A DNA stretch of 32,000 nt from Promethearchaeota archaeon (GCA_048939725.1 JBHLPG010000016.1:299-32298); one strand, 5' to 3'; shown: positions 19,448 through 27,633, counted from the stretch's first letter. Notes: generated from the letters alone by a model not told the origin. A program made the numbers and translations.

Positions 19448-22069
19448 ATGGCTTTAATAGACCCATTATTAGACCCAGTTAACCTTATGGTTTCTTTACT
19501 TTTAACATTCTCTCCCATAATTATTTTATTTATACCATATCTGTTCACCCGACGTAAGGACGAGAACTTTTTTGCTGTTATCTTTAATCGGGCTTATTTC
19601 GGGTTCATTGTTTTTTATTTGGCGTACTTTATTTTTTCTAGCATTTTAAACGCTGTTGTTCCAAATCCAAGCCAGTATATTGATCAAGAATACTATCCTG
19701 TTACAGGCACAAGTGAATATAGTACCGTTTGGGATTCAGCTGCAGTCGATGAGGAAACAGTGAATAACTTTTTAACATCTATTGGATTGCCAGGAATACC
19801 TTTATTAGTTAAATATATGTTCCAGCACTTTATCAACTCGATTGTTAATTTCTTATACTATCCCATCATAATTCTAGCCTTTGTTTTTGGTATTTCACCT
19901 ATAATTTCGCTGATAATATTGTTATACCAAACTTGGGGAGAAAAACGGAATGAGAGAAAGCCATTAAAACGATTAATAAAGCAAAATGAAGAGGAAATCA
20001 AATTCCTGCGAATTAAACAGAAAAATGCCAATGAAACGGAGATTCCAGAGATCAGTCAAGAGATTACCACACTAGAGGATGATATTAATAACTTACAGCG
20101 TCAATTAACCGAGCTACGAAGCGTAACTCAACGATTACAAGAGATACAATTTGAGATGGAAGCTTCACCATTCCAAGAAATTACAAAAAGGGTGAAAGAA
20201 AAGGAATGGGGCAACGAAAGAGAATTACTGAAAGTACTTATTGCTATCCTCCCCATTACTCTATTTCTTCTTATGACAATTCTTCAGTTGCTTGGAGAAA
20301 CTGAAAATCCAAGCTTACTTCAAGGGACTGCAATGGGGCACTTTCTAGAAATATTCTTTGCCTATATTGCTTCAATAGTATTTAGCGTTTATCTTATAAA
20401 AGCAAGTCGCTTATCACGGAGGGGTAAATTCTTAGGTAATCAACTTTACATTGCAATGGTTCAAAGTCTATCAACTGTAGGGGCTTTTATGTCAGGTCTC
20501 GCAGTTATTCTATTTTTAGTTCAGTATTTTGACCAGATCTTTGTGGTTTCTTATTTTGTAGTATACTTCATCATGGTGTCAATATTTTTTGTACTCTTTT
20601 TGGATATTTTCGAACCATTCTCGATTTACTTACTAATCAAACTCATTGAGACATTTAAAAATTTCAAAATGGCTGTTAAACGAATTGATTCTACTAATGT
20701 TGCAAAATCTGCCGCAATGGGGGTAGTTATTGGTTTTCTACTAGCAGTTGGATTTCTTGTTTATCGTGTTATTGTTGGAGGTTTGTTTCCCCGAAATATA
20801 GACACTGTTCAATATAGTACTTTCTTTTGGTTTACTTTGAATTACATAAGCTTTTTTTTAAGTGCAGCGCTAATTTTGTTCATAAGAAGATGGAATTGGA
20901 GTATTTTTACCACCACATTGATTGCTTATCTATCGATATCCTCAGTCAGCATTTTTCTCTTTTTATGGTATGACGAAGCTCTCGCTCTCTATAGTTTAAT
21001 TCCATTTTTAGACTTAGATAATCCAATTTTCAGAATTGGTACTGTTCCGCTAATACCTCCATTTATCACACTCACTTCAGGACTTGCTGGAGGCGTAGAA
21101 CGGTTACAATGGTACACCAATATTTGGAAAGAGGGGATATTTGGTGATATTCACTTTATTATTCCTGAATTACAACGGATTCCTGTAATCTGGAAAGGAG
21201 AGGGGGGTATTTTTCTAGGACTTTTATCTATTCCATATAATCTTCTACACCCATTTGCTATAATATTAACGTACGGTAGCATTCTATTTTTAGTAAGACG
21301 GAATTTTCATATCAGAACACAGAAAAGCGAATTAGAAGGAGAAGAGAAAGTTCAATATAAGTCAATATATTCTGATATGGGCCGACTCCCAAATTTAAAT
21401 GAATTAGAAAGGAAATCAGATATAATTTTAATTGGAGCGACTCCTGTTGACAACCCAGAAATAAACCAGAAGATAGAGGAAGCTTGGACAGAGATTGAAA
21501 ATGGACAACAGTTGCGTGAAGTAATTACTAGAGGAATAGAACCATTTAATGAGTTAACGAAGAAAAGTGGGTTAACTTCGGCCGAGATCCATCAAATCTT
21601 AGATGATTTAACATTTGATATTGCCATTCCATTCAATCAAGTATTGACAGTCCTACATAGAGAATTTTCCTACTCATTTGAGGAGGTTACTATTGACTCA
21701 CTTCATGTAATGATGCTCGATGGGCGGGCAGTACTATCTCACACCTTTGCGATGGAATCACAAGTTGAACCAGCGTTGGTAGCTGGTCTTTTCTCTGCCA
21801 TCACTTCTTTTGCGAAGGAAGCTGTACGAAGTGAACAGTTGCTAAAGACCATAGATCACGGTGATGTCGTTCTAACCATTGAATATGCGAAATGGGTCTT
21901 TGCTGCAATATTTGCAGATAGTACATCCACGGAATTACGGAGAAAATTAAGTGAATTCTTAGCTGATTTTGAAGAAAGACATGCAAAAACCCTACCTATA
22001 TGGTTAGGTGATCTGGAAGTATTTACAGGTGACATCCAAATAATAGATGATACTTTCTCTACAATTTAA
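19448..22069 (+). CDS. Large polytopic membrane protein with internal coiled coil and C-terminal cytoplasmic longin/roadblock-like module
   Basis: 873 aa with more than 10 hydrophobic helices. A charged heptad-like segment lies at about aa 170-250. The soluble C-terminal domain includes LHVMMLDGRAVLSHTF...EPALVAGLFSAITSFAKEA...VVLTIEYAKWVFAAIFAD. No family was recognised. Confidence 0.75.
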   Translation: MALIDPLLDPVNLMVSLLLTFSPIIILFIPYLFTRRKDENFFAVIFNRAYFGFIVFYLAYFIFSSILNAVVPNPSQYIDQEYYPVTGTSEYSTVWDSAAVDEETVNNFLTSIGLPGIPLLVKYMFQHFINSIVNFLYYPIIILAFVFGISPIISLIILLYQTWGEKRNERKPLKRLIKQNEEEIKFLRIKQKNANETEIPEISQEITTLEDDINNLQRQLTELRSVTQRLQEIQFEMEASPFQEITKRVKEKEWGNERELLKVLIAILPITLFLLMTILQLLGETENPSLLQGTAMGHFLEIFFAYIASIVFSVYLIKASRLSRRGKFLGNQLYIAMVQSLSTVGAFMSGLAVILFLVQYFDQIFVVSYFVVYFIMVSIFFVLFLDIFEPFSIYLLIKLIETFKNFKMAVKRIDSTNVAKSAAMGVVIGFLLAVGFLVYRVIVGGLFPRNIDTVQYSTFFWFTLNYISFFLSAALILFIRRWNWSIFTTTLIAYLSISSVSIFLFLWYDEALALYSLIPFLDLDNPIFRIGTVPLIPPFITLTSGLAGGVERLQWYTNIWKEGIFGDIHFIIPELQRIPVIWKGEGGIFLGLLSIPYNLLHPFAIILTYGSILFLVRRNFHIRTQKSELEGEEKVQYKSIYSDMGRLPNLNELERKSDIILIGATPVDNPEINQKIEEAWTEIENGQQLREVITRGIEPFNELTKKSGLTSAEIHQILDDLTFDIAIPFNQVLTVLHREFSYSFEEVTIDSLHVMMLDGRAVLSHTFAMESQVEPALVAGLFSAITSFAKEAVRSEQLLKTIDHGDVVLTIEYAKWVFAAIFADSTSTELRRKLSEFLADFEERHAKTLPIWLGDLEVFTGDIQIIDDTFSTI

Positions 22070-22113
22070 CCTATCCCCCTTGCCTTCCAAAATTTTCATA
22101 CTTGAAAAGTCCT

Positions 22114-24753
22114 TTATTTCGCTTCTCCAATTATAAAAAGATAATCGTCAGGGCTTAACTTAGCTATTGAACAAATAATTATTGCCAGATCTGATTTCAG
22201 TATAATCTTGATCCCATTTAAGGGATTCTTTGCTTTCTGATGGAGTAGAAATCCCTTTTGAGTCATTAAAGTGGCCCATTGCTTTAAGTCTGCTTCTGTG
22301 TATGTCAAAGTCCTGATTGAAGTGGATTTAATTCCCACTTCAGATTCAAAGATTAAATCTCGTTCTAAGATGTCAGATATGAGATTTGAAGAGAGTGAAG
22401 TTTCCTGTAAGTCGTTTATTAACTCTATAAACCATGTGATGTCTTCCTCTCCTATCTCTATCGTCTCGTCCTCAGAAATGAAATCTGACATTTCTAGTCG
22501 AGGAGGAGCTTGATCTTCAGAAATCTCTTTAAATTCCTGCTGCTCCTCGGAAAGAGGTGTTGACACAAAATGTGGTAACATACGATTTTGGTCAGCGAGT
22601 ATAAGAACCCCATCACGAAGATATGAAATAATAACCTCGGTTATTTTTCGATAGCTATAATCTGAATCTAGAAGGCACTGATTAACAATTTCTATTGCGA
22701 AAAGGCCTTCTGATAATGCAAGTTGATCTATTTGCTGATTGATGATTTCATATAATATCGGATGAGAAATTTCCTTTTTAAAAGATCGATTTAGTTGTAA
22801 AGGAGAAATCAAAGACAATCCTAGATAACGATCAAGAATTTTTATGGTTGGAGAGAATTCATCAATTATTCCAACAAACTCTTCAAGATTTGAAAGGAAC
22901 TTAATTTCGAATTGATAAGAAAAATTTCTAATTCGTCTCTTAAAATCATTTATGTACTTCGGAGTACGATCTAGGATGACTGCAGTGACAGAATTGACTC
23001 CTTCTACTGTGATGATTTTAAAAGCTTTATCGCCGATCTCTTCAGTAAATATACGCAAAATTGAGCGTTCTTTAACGAGATCTGACTTAAGCTCACTAAA
23101 AAGTCCCGAAATTGCGCTCAGAAATCCTGAAACAAGTTGAGGGTCGATTTTTAACATTGTTATTCCAAGTTCGAAAATGCAAATTCCAGTTCTTTTGTGA
23201 AGGATTAAAATGTGATTACACGCAAGCAGATTCGTTAAATCTTTGTAGCTGAAAGGTTCAATCTCAATTGGAGACACAATTTCATCATGTTCAATAACAG
23301 AGGACTCTAATTTAGGTGTATATAATTCCTCCTCTGAGGAATCCGAAATAATCCCAGTTCCATTGTACCTGGGGATAGAACTAGGCATTTCATCCTCTTG
23401 AGGATCTATATGTTTTGATAAACGAGGACGAACGTGAATTTTTATTGGCCCATGACTTCCTAATCCAACAATTAACGCTTCTCCCCTTACTAGATGAGGC
23501 AAATTCGATACTACATCAGTACTAATCCCTTCCATCAACCGAATTTTATTGAGGTCCTTATCAGATCTTATCCTTAATGCAATTAGTGTGTTCATATTCG
23601 CAATGATGTTATCTGGGAAATCCCCAGGCCGTTGGGAGATTAGAATTTCGTAAAGCCCAAATTTTCGCCCTTCACGAGCAATTCTTGATAATATTTCATT
23701 TGTAGTTGAGAAACGATGTGCTTCTTCGACAATAAGCACGACTTCTTGCTCTTTTGTTATTTTACCATGAATTTTCTTTTCAAATACTTGTGTTAGGAGT
23801 TCATTGACAAAAATATTTCGCTTTTTCTCGTCAGTAAACTGATCCAAACGAATAATAGAGATTTGACCAGGAGAAATGAGAGTTTCTAAGTCAAGTTCTT
23901 TATCAAATAATTCCAATTTTTTCAGGGAATGGATTTTTGAAACAAGTGTTTCTCGAGTTGAAGAATGAAAATCAGATGATTCAATCACTGAAATCAGATC
24001 ATCTAATAAAATAGGTTTTTTCATTAAATTGGACAATGAATTTTCTTGTGCAGCTGTTAGATCTATTAATCTTCGTATTCGTGGTAAGGTGAATTCTTTT
24101 CCAAGACCTAGAGAGTCCTTTTCATAGATTAAGATGTTATCGCGGAATCCAACTGGGGAATAACCTTCGTAATCTAGTTTTTCAATCTCTTCTCCATCAT
24201 TTGGTTGAGCTAACCCCCAATATTCGTTATGAATATCAAAGAGTAATACTGTAGCTGACTTAAACTTCATAATTATTTCTTCTAATAAGACACCAACACT
24301 GTACGATTTTCCTGCGCCAGTACTCGCAACGCAAAGAACGTGTCGTTCAATGAATTTGGGGGATAAAAGAAAAGGATCAGTATGATCTTTATAGGTCACA
24401 ACATCTCCAAGGTATATTCCTTGATCACCCCTGTGAGAGATTATCTTAGAAACAAGACCTTTAGGTGGATGCTGAATCTGTGCTTGTGAAGAAATCGGAA
24501 ATCTGCATGGAGAAAGTGAAAAATCATCTAAATTAATCTCCCCAAGAATAGTGGCTATTCCTCTTATATCTTCTCCCTTGGCTTGAGTTAACTTTGCAAC
24601 TTGAGCTAAATATTGTCTTTCAGGAGTTTTTTCCGAATCTGTGATCAAAACAAAATCCTGTTCATAAATGGTGGCTTTGGTTTCATCTATATAAAAAGAG
24701 ATTTCCCCTGTTGAAGATTTTATTACTTCCACTGCGTGCAGCAACCATTTCAA
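22114..24753 (-). CDS. HerA/FtsK-superfamily (DUF87-type) P-loop ATPase with a roughly 430-aa C-terminal extension
   Basis: Walker A is CVASTGAGKSYSVG (aa 141-154) and Walker B is VVLIVEEAHRF (aa 338-348). The HerA-typical EGRKFGLYEILISQRPGDFPDNIIANMNTLIALRI is present. An N-terminal barrel-like region precedes the P-loop. C-terminal aa 513-620 carry a longin-like module. Confidence 0.8.
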   Translation of the reverse strand: MKWLLHAVEVIKSSTGEISFYIDETKATIYEQDFVLITDSEKTPERQYLAQVAKLTQAKGEDIRGIATILGEINLDDFSLSPCRFPISSQAQIQHPPKGLVSKIISHRGDQGIYLGDVVTYKDHTDPFLLSPKFIERHVLCVASTGAGKSYSVGVLLEEIIMKFKSATVLLFDIHNEYWGLAQPNDGEEIEKLDYEGYSPVGFRDNILIYEKDSLGLGKEFTLPRIRRLIDLTAAQENSLSNLMKKPILLDDLISVIESSDFHSSTRETLVSKIHSLKKLELFDKELDLETLISPGQISIIRLDQFTDEKKRNIFVNELLTQVFEKKIHGKITKEQEVVLIVEEAHRFSTTNEILSRIAREGRKFGLYEILISQRPGDFPDNIIANMNTLIALRIRSDKDLNKIRLMEGISTDVVSNLPHLVRGEALIVGLGSHGPIKIHVRPRLSKHIDPQEDEMPSSIPRYNGTGIISDSSEEELYTPKLESSVIEHDEIVSPIEIEPFSYKDLTNLLACNHILILHKRTGICIFELGITMLKIDPQLVSGFLSAISGLFSELKSDLVKERSILRIFTEEIGDKAFKIITVEGVNSVTAVILDRTPKYINDFKRRIRNFSYQFEIKFLSNLEEFVGIIDEFSPTIKILDRYLGLSLISPLQLNRSFKKEISHPILYEIINQQIDQLALSEGLFAIEIVNQCLLDSDYSYRKITEVIISYLRDGVLILADQNRMLPHFVSTPLSEEQQEFKEISEDQAPPRLEMSDFISEDETIEIGEEDITWFIELINDLQETSLSSNLISDILERDLIFESEVGIKSTSIRTLTYTEADLKQWATLMTQKGFLLHQKAKNPLNGIKIILKSDLAIIICSIAKLSPDDYLFIIGEAK

Positions 24754-25078
24754 GATGAGCTCAATCTTCTGAAAGCTCTATATTGAAGATCTACCTGAAT
24801 TGATGGACTAAAGGCACTCGTACTAGTCATATCATGAGTTTCTGGACAAGTTATTTTTTCATTATTATAGGATTTTGATTAGTATAAAAACTCCTTTATT
24901 GAATATAACTCAATATCTCCAATCTATTATATATAAGGGAATACTCGTTATGAAATAATTTTTGGTATGAATGTTTGATCAAATGGTTGTGATAAACCTC
25001 GCAAAAAGTTAATATTTCAATCTTCATACTGTTGAGATTAAATCACCTAATTCATTTTTAGGTGGAGAGTAAGCTATT

Positions 25079-26050
25079 ATGGCAAGTACCCCTCGAAACA
25101 ATGAGTATGATATTATAATTGTAGGTGCTGGGCCAGCAGGTATGGCTGCTGCCATCTATGGTTCACGTATGGGTTGGAAAACATTAGTACTCGAGAAAGA
25201 GGCTATAGGAGGCTTAGCAGCAGTTACTCCGATAATAGAAAATTATCCTGGTTTTTCTGAAATCACTGGTCTTGAATTCGCAGAGAAATTACGAAAACAA
25301 GCGGAAAAGTTTGGGGCTGAAATCAAAGAGCTTGTCGAGGTAACGGATATTAAGACTGAGGAAGTCCCATTTGAAGTAATAACGACATCAGGGATTTTTA
25401 ACGTAAAAGTACTCATTCTTGCTACTGGAACTTCTCATCGTCATTTAAATATCCCAGGTGAAAAAGAATATGAAGCGAAGGGTGTTTCTTATTGTGCAAC
25501 ATGCGATGGGCCACTATACAAAAGTAAAAAAGTGGCTGTCGTTGGAGGAGGCAACTCTGCGGTCACAGAAGCCCTTTATCTAGATAATGTGGTTCGTGAA
25601 GTATATTTAATCCACCGTCGAGATCAGTTACGAGCAGAACAATCATTACAGAACGAAATTCTTAATAATTCAAAAGTTAATTTCGTTTGGGATTCTGTAG
25701 TATCGGAAATCCATGGTAGCGAAGCTGGTGGAGTTAAGAAAATTACACTGAAAAACGTAAAAACAGGAGAAGAGGACTCGCTTCGTGTCAAAGCAGTATT
25801 CATAGCTATTGGTATTATCCCTAATAATGAGCTAGCGAAAAAAATTGGCATTGAATTGACTGAAGAGGGTTTAATCAAAGTCGATGATAAACAACGTACT
25901 AACATTCCCCGAATTTATGCGTGTGGGGATATTACTCCTGGTCAGGGACAGATATCTGTTGCGGTAGGTGAGGGTACAACTGCTGCAATCTCTGCATTTC
26001 TTGATATGAGGGGGGGGGATTGGTATGGAGAAGAAGTCAGCAACGGTTGA
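25079..26050 (+). CDS. trxB: Thioredoxin reductase (low-Mr, FAD/NAD(P)H)
   Basis: The FAD site is IIIVGAGPAGMAAAIYGSR. The redox-active motif is CATCDG. The NADPH site is VAVVGGGNSAVTEALYL...HRRDQLRA. There is a C-terminal GD motif, ACGDIT. Confidence 0.93.
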   Translation: MASTPRNNEYDIIIVGAGPAGMAAAIYGSRMGWKTLVLEKEAIGGLAAVTPIIENYPGFSEITGLEFAEKLRKQAEKFGAEIKELVEVTDIKTEEVPFEVITTSGIFNVKVLILATGTSHRHLNIPGEKEYEAKGVSYCATCDGPLYKSKKVAVVGGGNSAVTEALYLDNVVREVYLIHRRDQLRAEQSLQNEILNNSKVNFVWDSVVSEIHGSEAGGVKKITLKNVKTGEEDSLRVKAVFIAIGIIPNNELAKKIGIELTEEGLIKVDDKQRTNIPRIYACGDITPGQGQISVAVGEGTTAAISAFLDMRGGDWYGEEVSNG

Positions 26051-26571
26051 TTTATGTTTTGAGTCAGAAAAAATCGTCTAGCAGCATTGCTATCGAAAGA
26101 ATTTCAGCTAACTTTTGTGCCTCCCATGTTATAGTTACTGAACAATATGAAGAGGGTCTTCACGGACATAATTATCTTGTTGAAATTGAGATTGAGGGAA
26201 ATGTGGATACGGATGATTTACTTATTGACTTCATTTTTCTAGAAAAGCTCCTTTCCCAAGCCATTTCAAATTGGGATCATTACATATTATTGCCATCAAA
26301 GAATAGCAAGATGATAATTAGTGAAAACGAAGATAACATCGAAATCAAATATGGAAACCGATTTTATTCCCTTCCCAAGAATGAGATAAAATTTTTGAGT
26401 TGTAGAAATGTAACCACCGAAGTCTTAGCCCGATTACTGGGCGAAAAATTAAGAGCTCTCTTATATCAAGAAGAATTTTGGAAAAGGATACAAACCATTA
26501 AGATCACGATATGGGAAACTTCAGTTTATCGCGCTAGTTATACTATTCGATCCAATCTCTTAGGAAAGTAG
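26047..26571 (+). CDS. 6-pyruvoyl-tetrahydropterin synthase / QueD-family protein
   Basis: FCASHVIV...EGLHGHNYLVEIEIEG...LIDF is the PTPS/QueD catalytic pattern. The start is uncertain. The ORF track gives TTG 26020. TTG 26047 forms a TTGA overlap with the trxB stop. TTG 26059 is also in frame. Confidence 0.8.
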   Translation: MIYVLSQKKSSSSIAIERISANFCASHVIVTEQYEEGLHGHNYLVEIEIEGNVDTDDLLIDFIFLEKLLSQAISNWDHYILLPSKNSKMIISENEDNIEIKYGNRFYSLPKNEIKFLSCRNVTTEVLARLLGEKLRALLYQEEFWKRIQTIKITIWETSVYRASYTIRSNLLGK

Positions 26572-27358
26572 TAATATCAACTCTTGGGAATCCAGGGATT
26601 TGCTGTCCTTTGTTAGTAAGATTGTATCGAAGTCCATTATGTTGAGAATGAAATTCTGTGAGTAAATCAAGAGCAACCTCAAATTTCTCTAACTTCTTCT
26701 CCTTTTTCTTGTTTAACAGGGAATTAAGTGTGCTATATTCTCCAATTTGGGTTCCAAAATCAAAACCAATGAGCCCAACAAGAGGAGATTGGAAATGAAA
26801 AGTTAAAAAGATAGCTCGATCGCCATCAGTAAAGCCTCCGAAATTAAAAAGGAATTCTCCTGGCTCACACTGAGCTGTTCCCCAGACATCATTTTCATAG
26901 ATGATATTCCGATATTTTTGGAAGAATAGAGAAAGCTGTTGTTGGTTATCTCCATGAGCATGAATCAATGCTAAAGCGCCATTCTTAATCGCCCAGCTAA
27001 TCGAAACTAAATCACCATCGAGATCGGTGACAACTATTGATGGAATGATTTTTTCTTGTTTGAATAACGTTGTTGCACCATCAACTGAAATTATCTGAAA
27101 GTTAAATAAAATTTTACTAGAATATGAGGCCTTGAAAAGTGTTGAAAAATCTTTTTTCAAAGAAGGGCCTGCTCCAGCAATTATTACAGGTTTATTCTGT
27201 ATTATTTTCAGTTTCAGAAGGATTTCATTTTTCTTATTAGGTGAAAATTTGGCTAAATGCGTTTCCAATAATCGCACTGCCCTCCTATCCGCCTCCGTAT
27301 CAAAATCTAACTTATCCATAATTTGGAGATAGCTTTTTTTCCACTCTGGCCAAATCAT
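26543..27358 (-). CDS. mptE: MptE-like 6-hydroxymethylpterin diphosphokinase (DUF115 family)
   Basis: IIAGAGPSLKKD, ISVDGAT, VVTDLDGDL and IHAHGDN follow the pattern I recall for DUF115/MptE. It is convergent with the PTPS-like gene and overlaps it by 29 nt. Confidence 0.7.
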   Translation of the reverse strand: MIWPEWKKSYLQIMDKLDFDTEADRRAVRLLETHLAKFSPNKKNEILLKLKIIQNKPVIIAGAGPSLKKDFSTLFKASYSSKILFNFQIISVDGATTLFKQEKIIPSIVVTDLDGDLVSISWAIKNGALALIHAHGDNQQQLSLFFQKYRNIIYENDVWGTAQCEPGEFLFNFGGFTDGDRAIFLTFHFQSPLVGLIGFDFGTQIGEYSTLNSLLNKKKEKKLEKFEVALDLLTEFHSQHNGLRYNLTNKGQQIPGFPRVDITTFLRDWIE

Positions 27359-27488
27359 CCTCGTTATCTCTGTTTAATTATAACCAAATTAGTCTTGAAG
27401 TAAGATCCAATGACCACAAATAAAATATTTAAGGACTCTTGAAAGTGCTCCTTTTGGTTTGTTTTACAAACAAGGCGCTTATAACTGC

Positions 27489-27633
27489 GAGGCTCTGCCG
27501 GAAGTTAAGTTAGGTTCCGTTTCGGTCTGTACTGTTGTGCGCGAGCCAACGGGAACATCGAGAAGCTGAGTATTGCTCGGCCAAAGGGCCTGGGTTACAC
27601 CCGGTCTCATTCCGAACCCGGAAACAGAGTCTC
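27489..27633 (+). other. Leader/trailer processing helix with bulge-helix-bulge geometry enclosing the permuted 5S
   Basis: GAGGCTCTG 27489-27497 pairs with CAGAGTCTC 27625-27633 (9 bp, one G-U). CCGG 27498-27501 pairs with CCGG 27618-27621 (4 bp). The 3-nt bulges AAG 27502-27504 and AAA 27622-27624 each lie 3' of the 4-bp helix on their own strand. Confidence 0.7.
27504..27623 (+). rRNA. rrn5: 5S rRNA, circularly permuted gene order (3' half, 5-nt loop, 5' half); 120 nt between the predicted BHB cut sites
   Basis: ACACCCGGTCTCATTCCGAACCCGGAA (27597-27623) and GTTAAGT (27504-27510) are the two halves of the conserved archaeal 5S helix III/loop C motif, in swapped order. The loop E/helix IV-V arm lies at 27522-27561 (GTACTG...GGGAAC, GNRA-capped stem). 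The helix I strands GCTGAG/CTCGGC are joined by the loop TATTG. Confidence 0.85.

Noticed and set aside
19448-24753. Interpreting the HerA-like ATPase as the canonical HerA-NurA-Mre11-Rad50 end-resection helicase
   Set aside because: No NurA, Mre11 or Rad50 genes are adjacent. The protein also carries a large non-HerA C-terminal extension shared with a membrane protein, so a repair-operon reading is not supported by the context.
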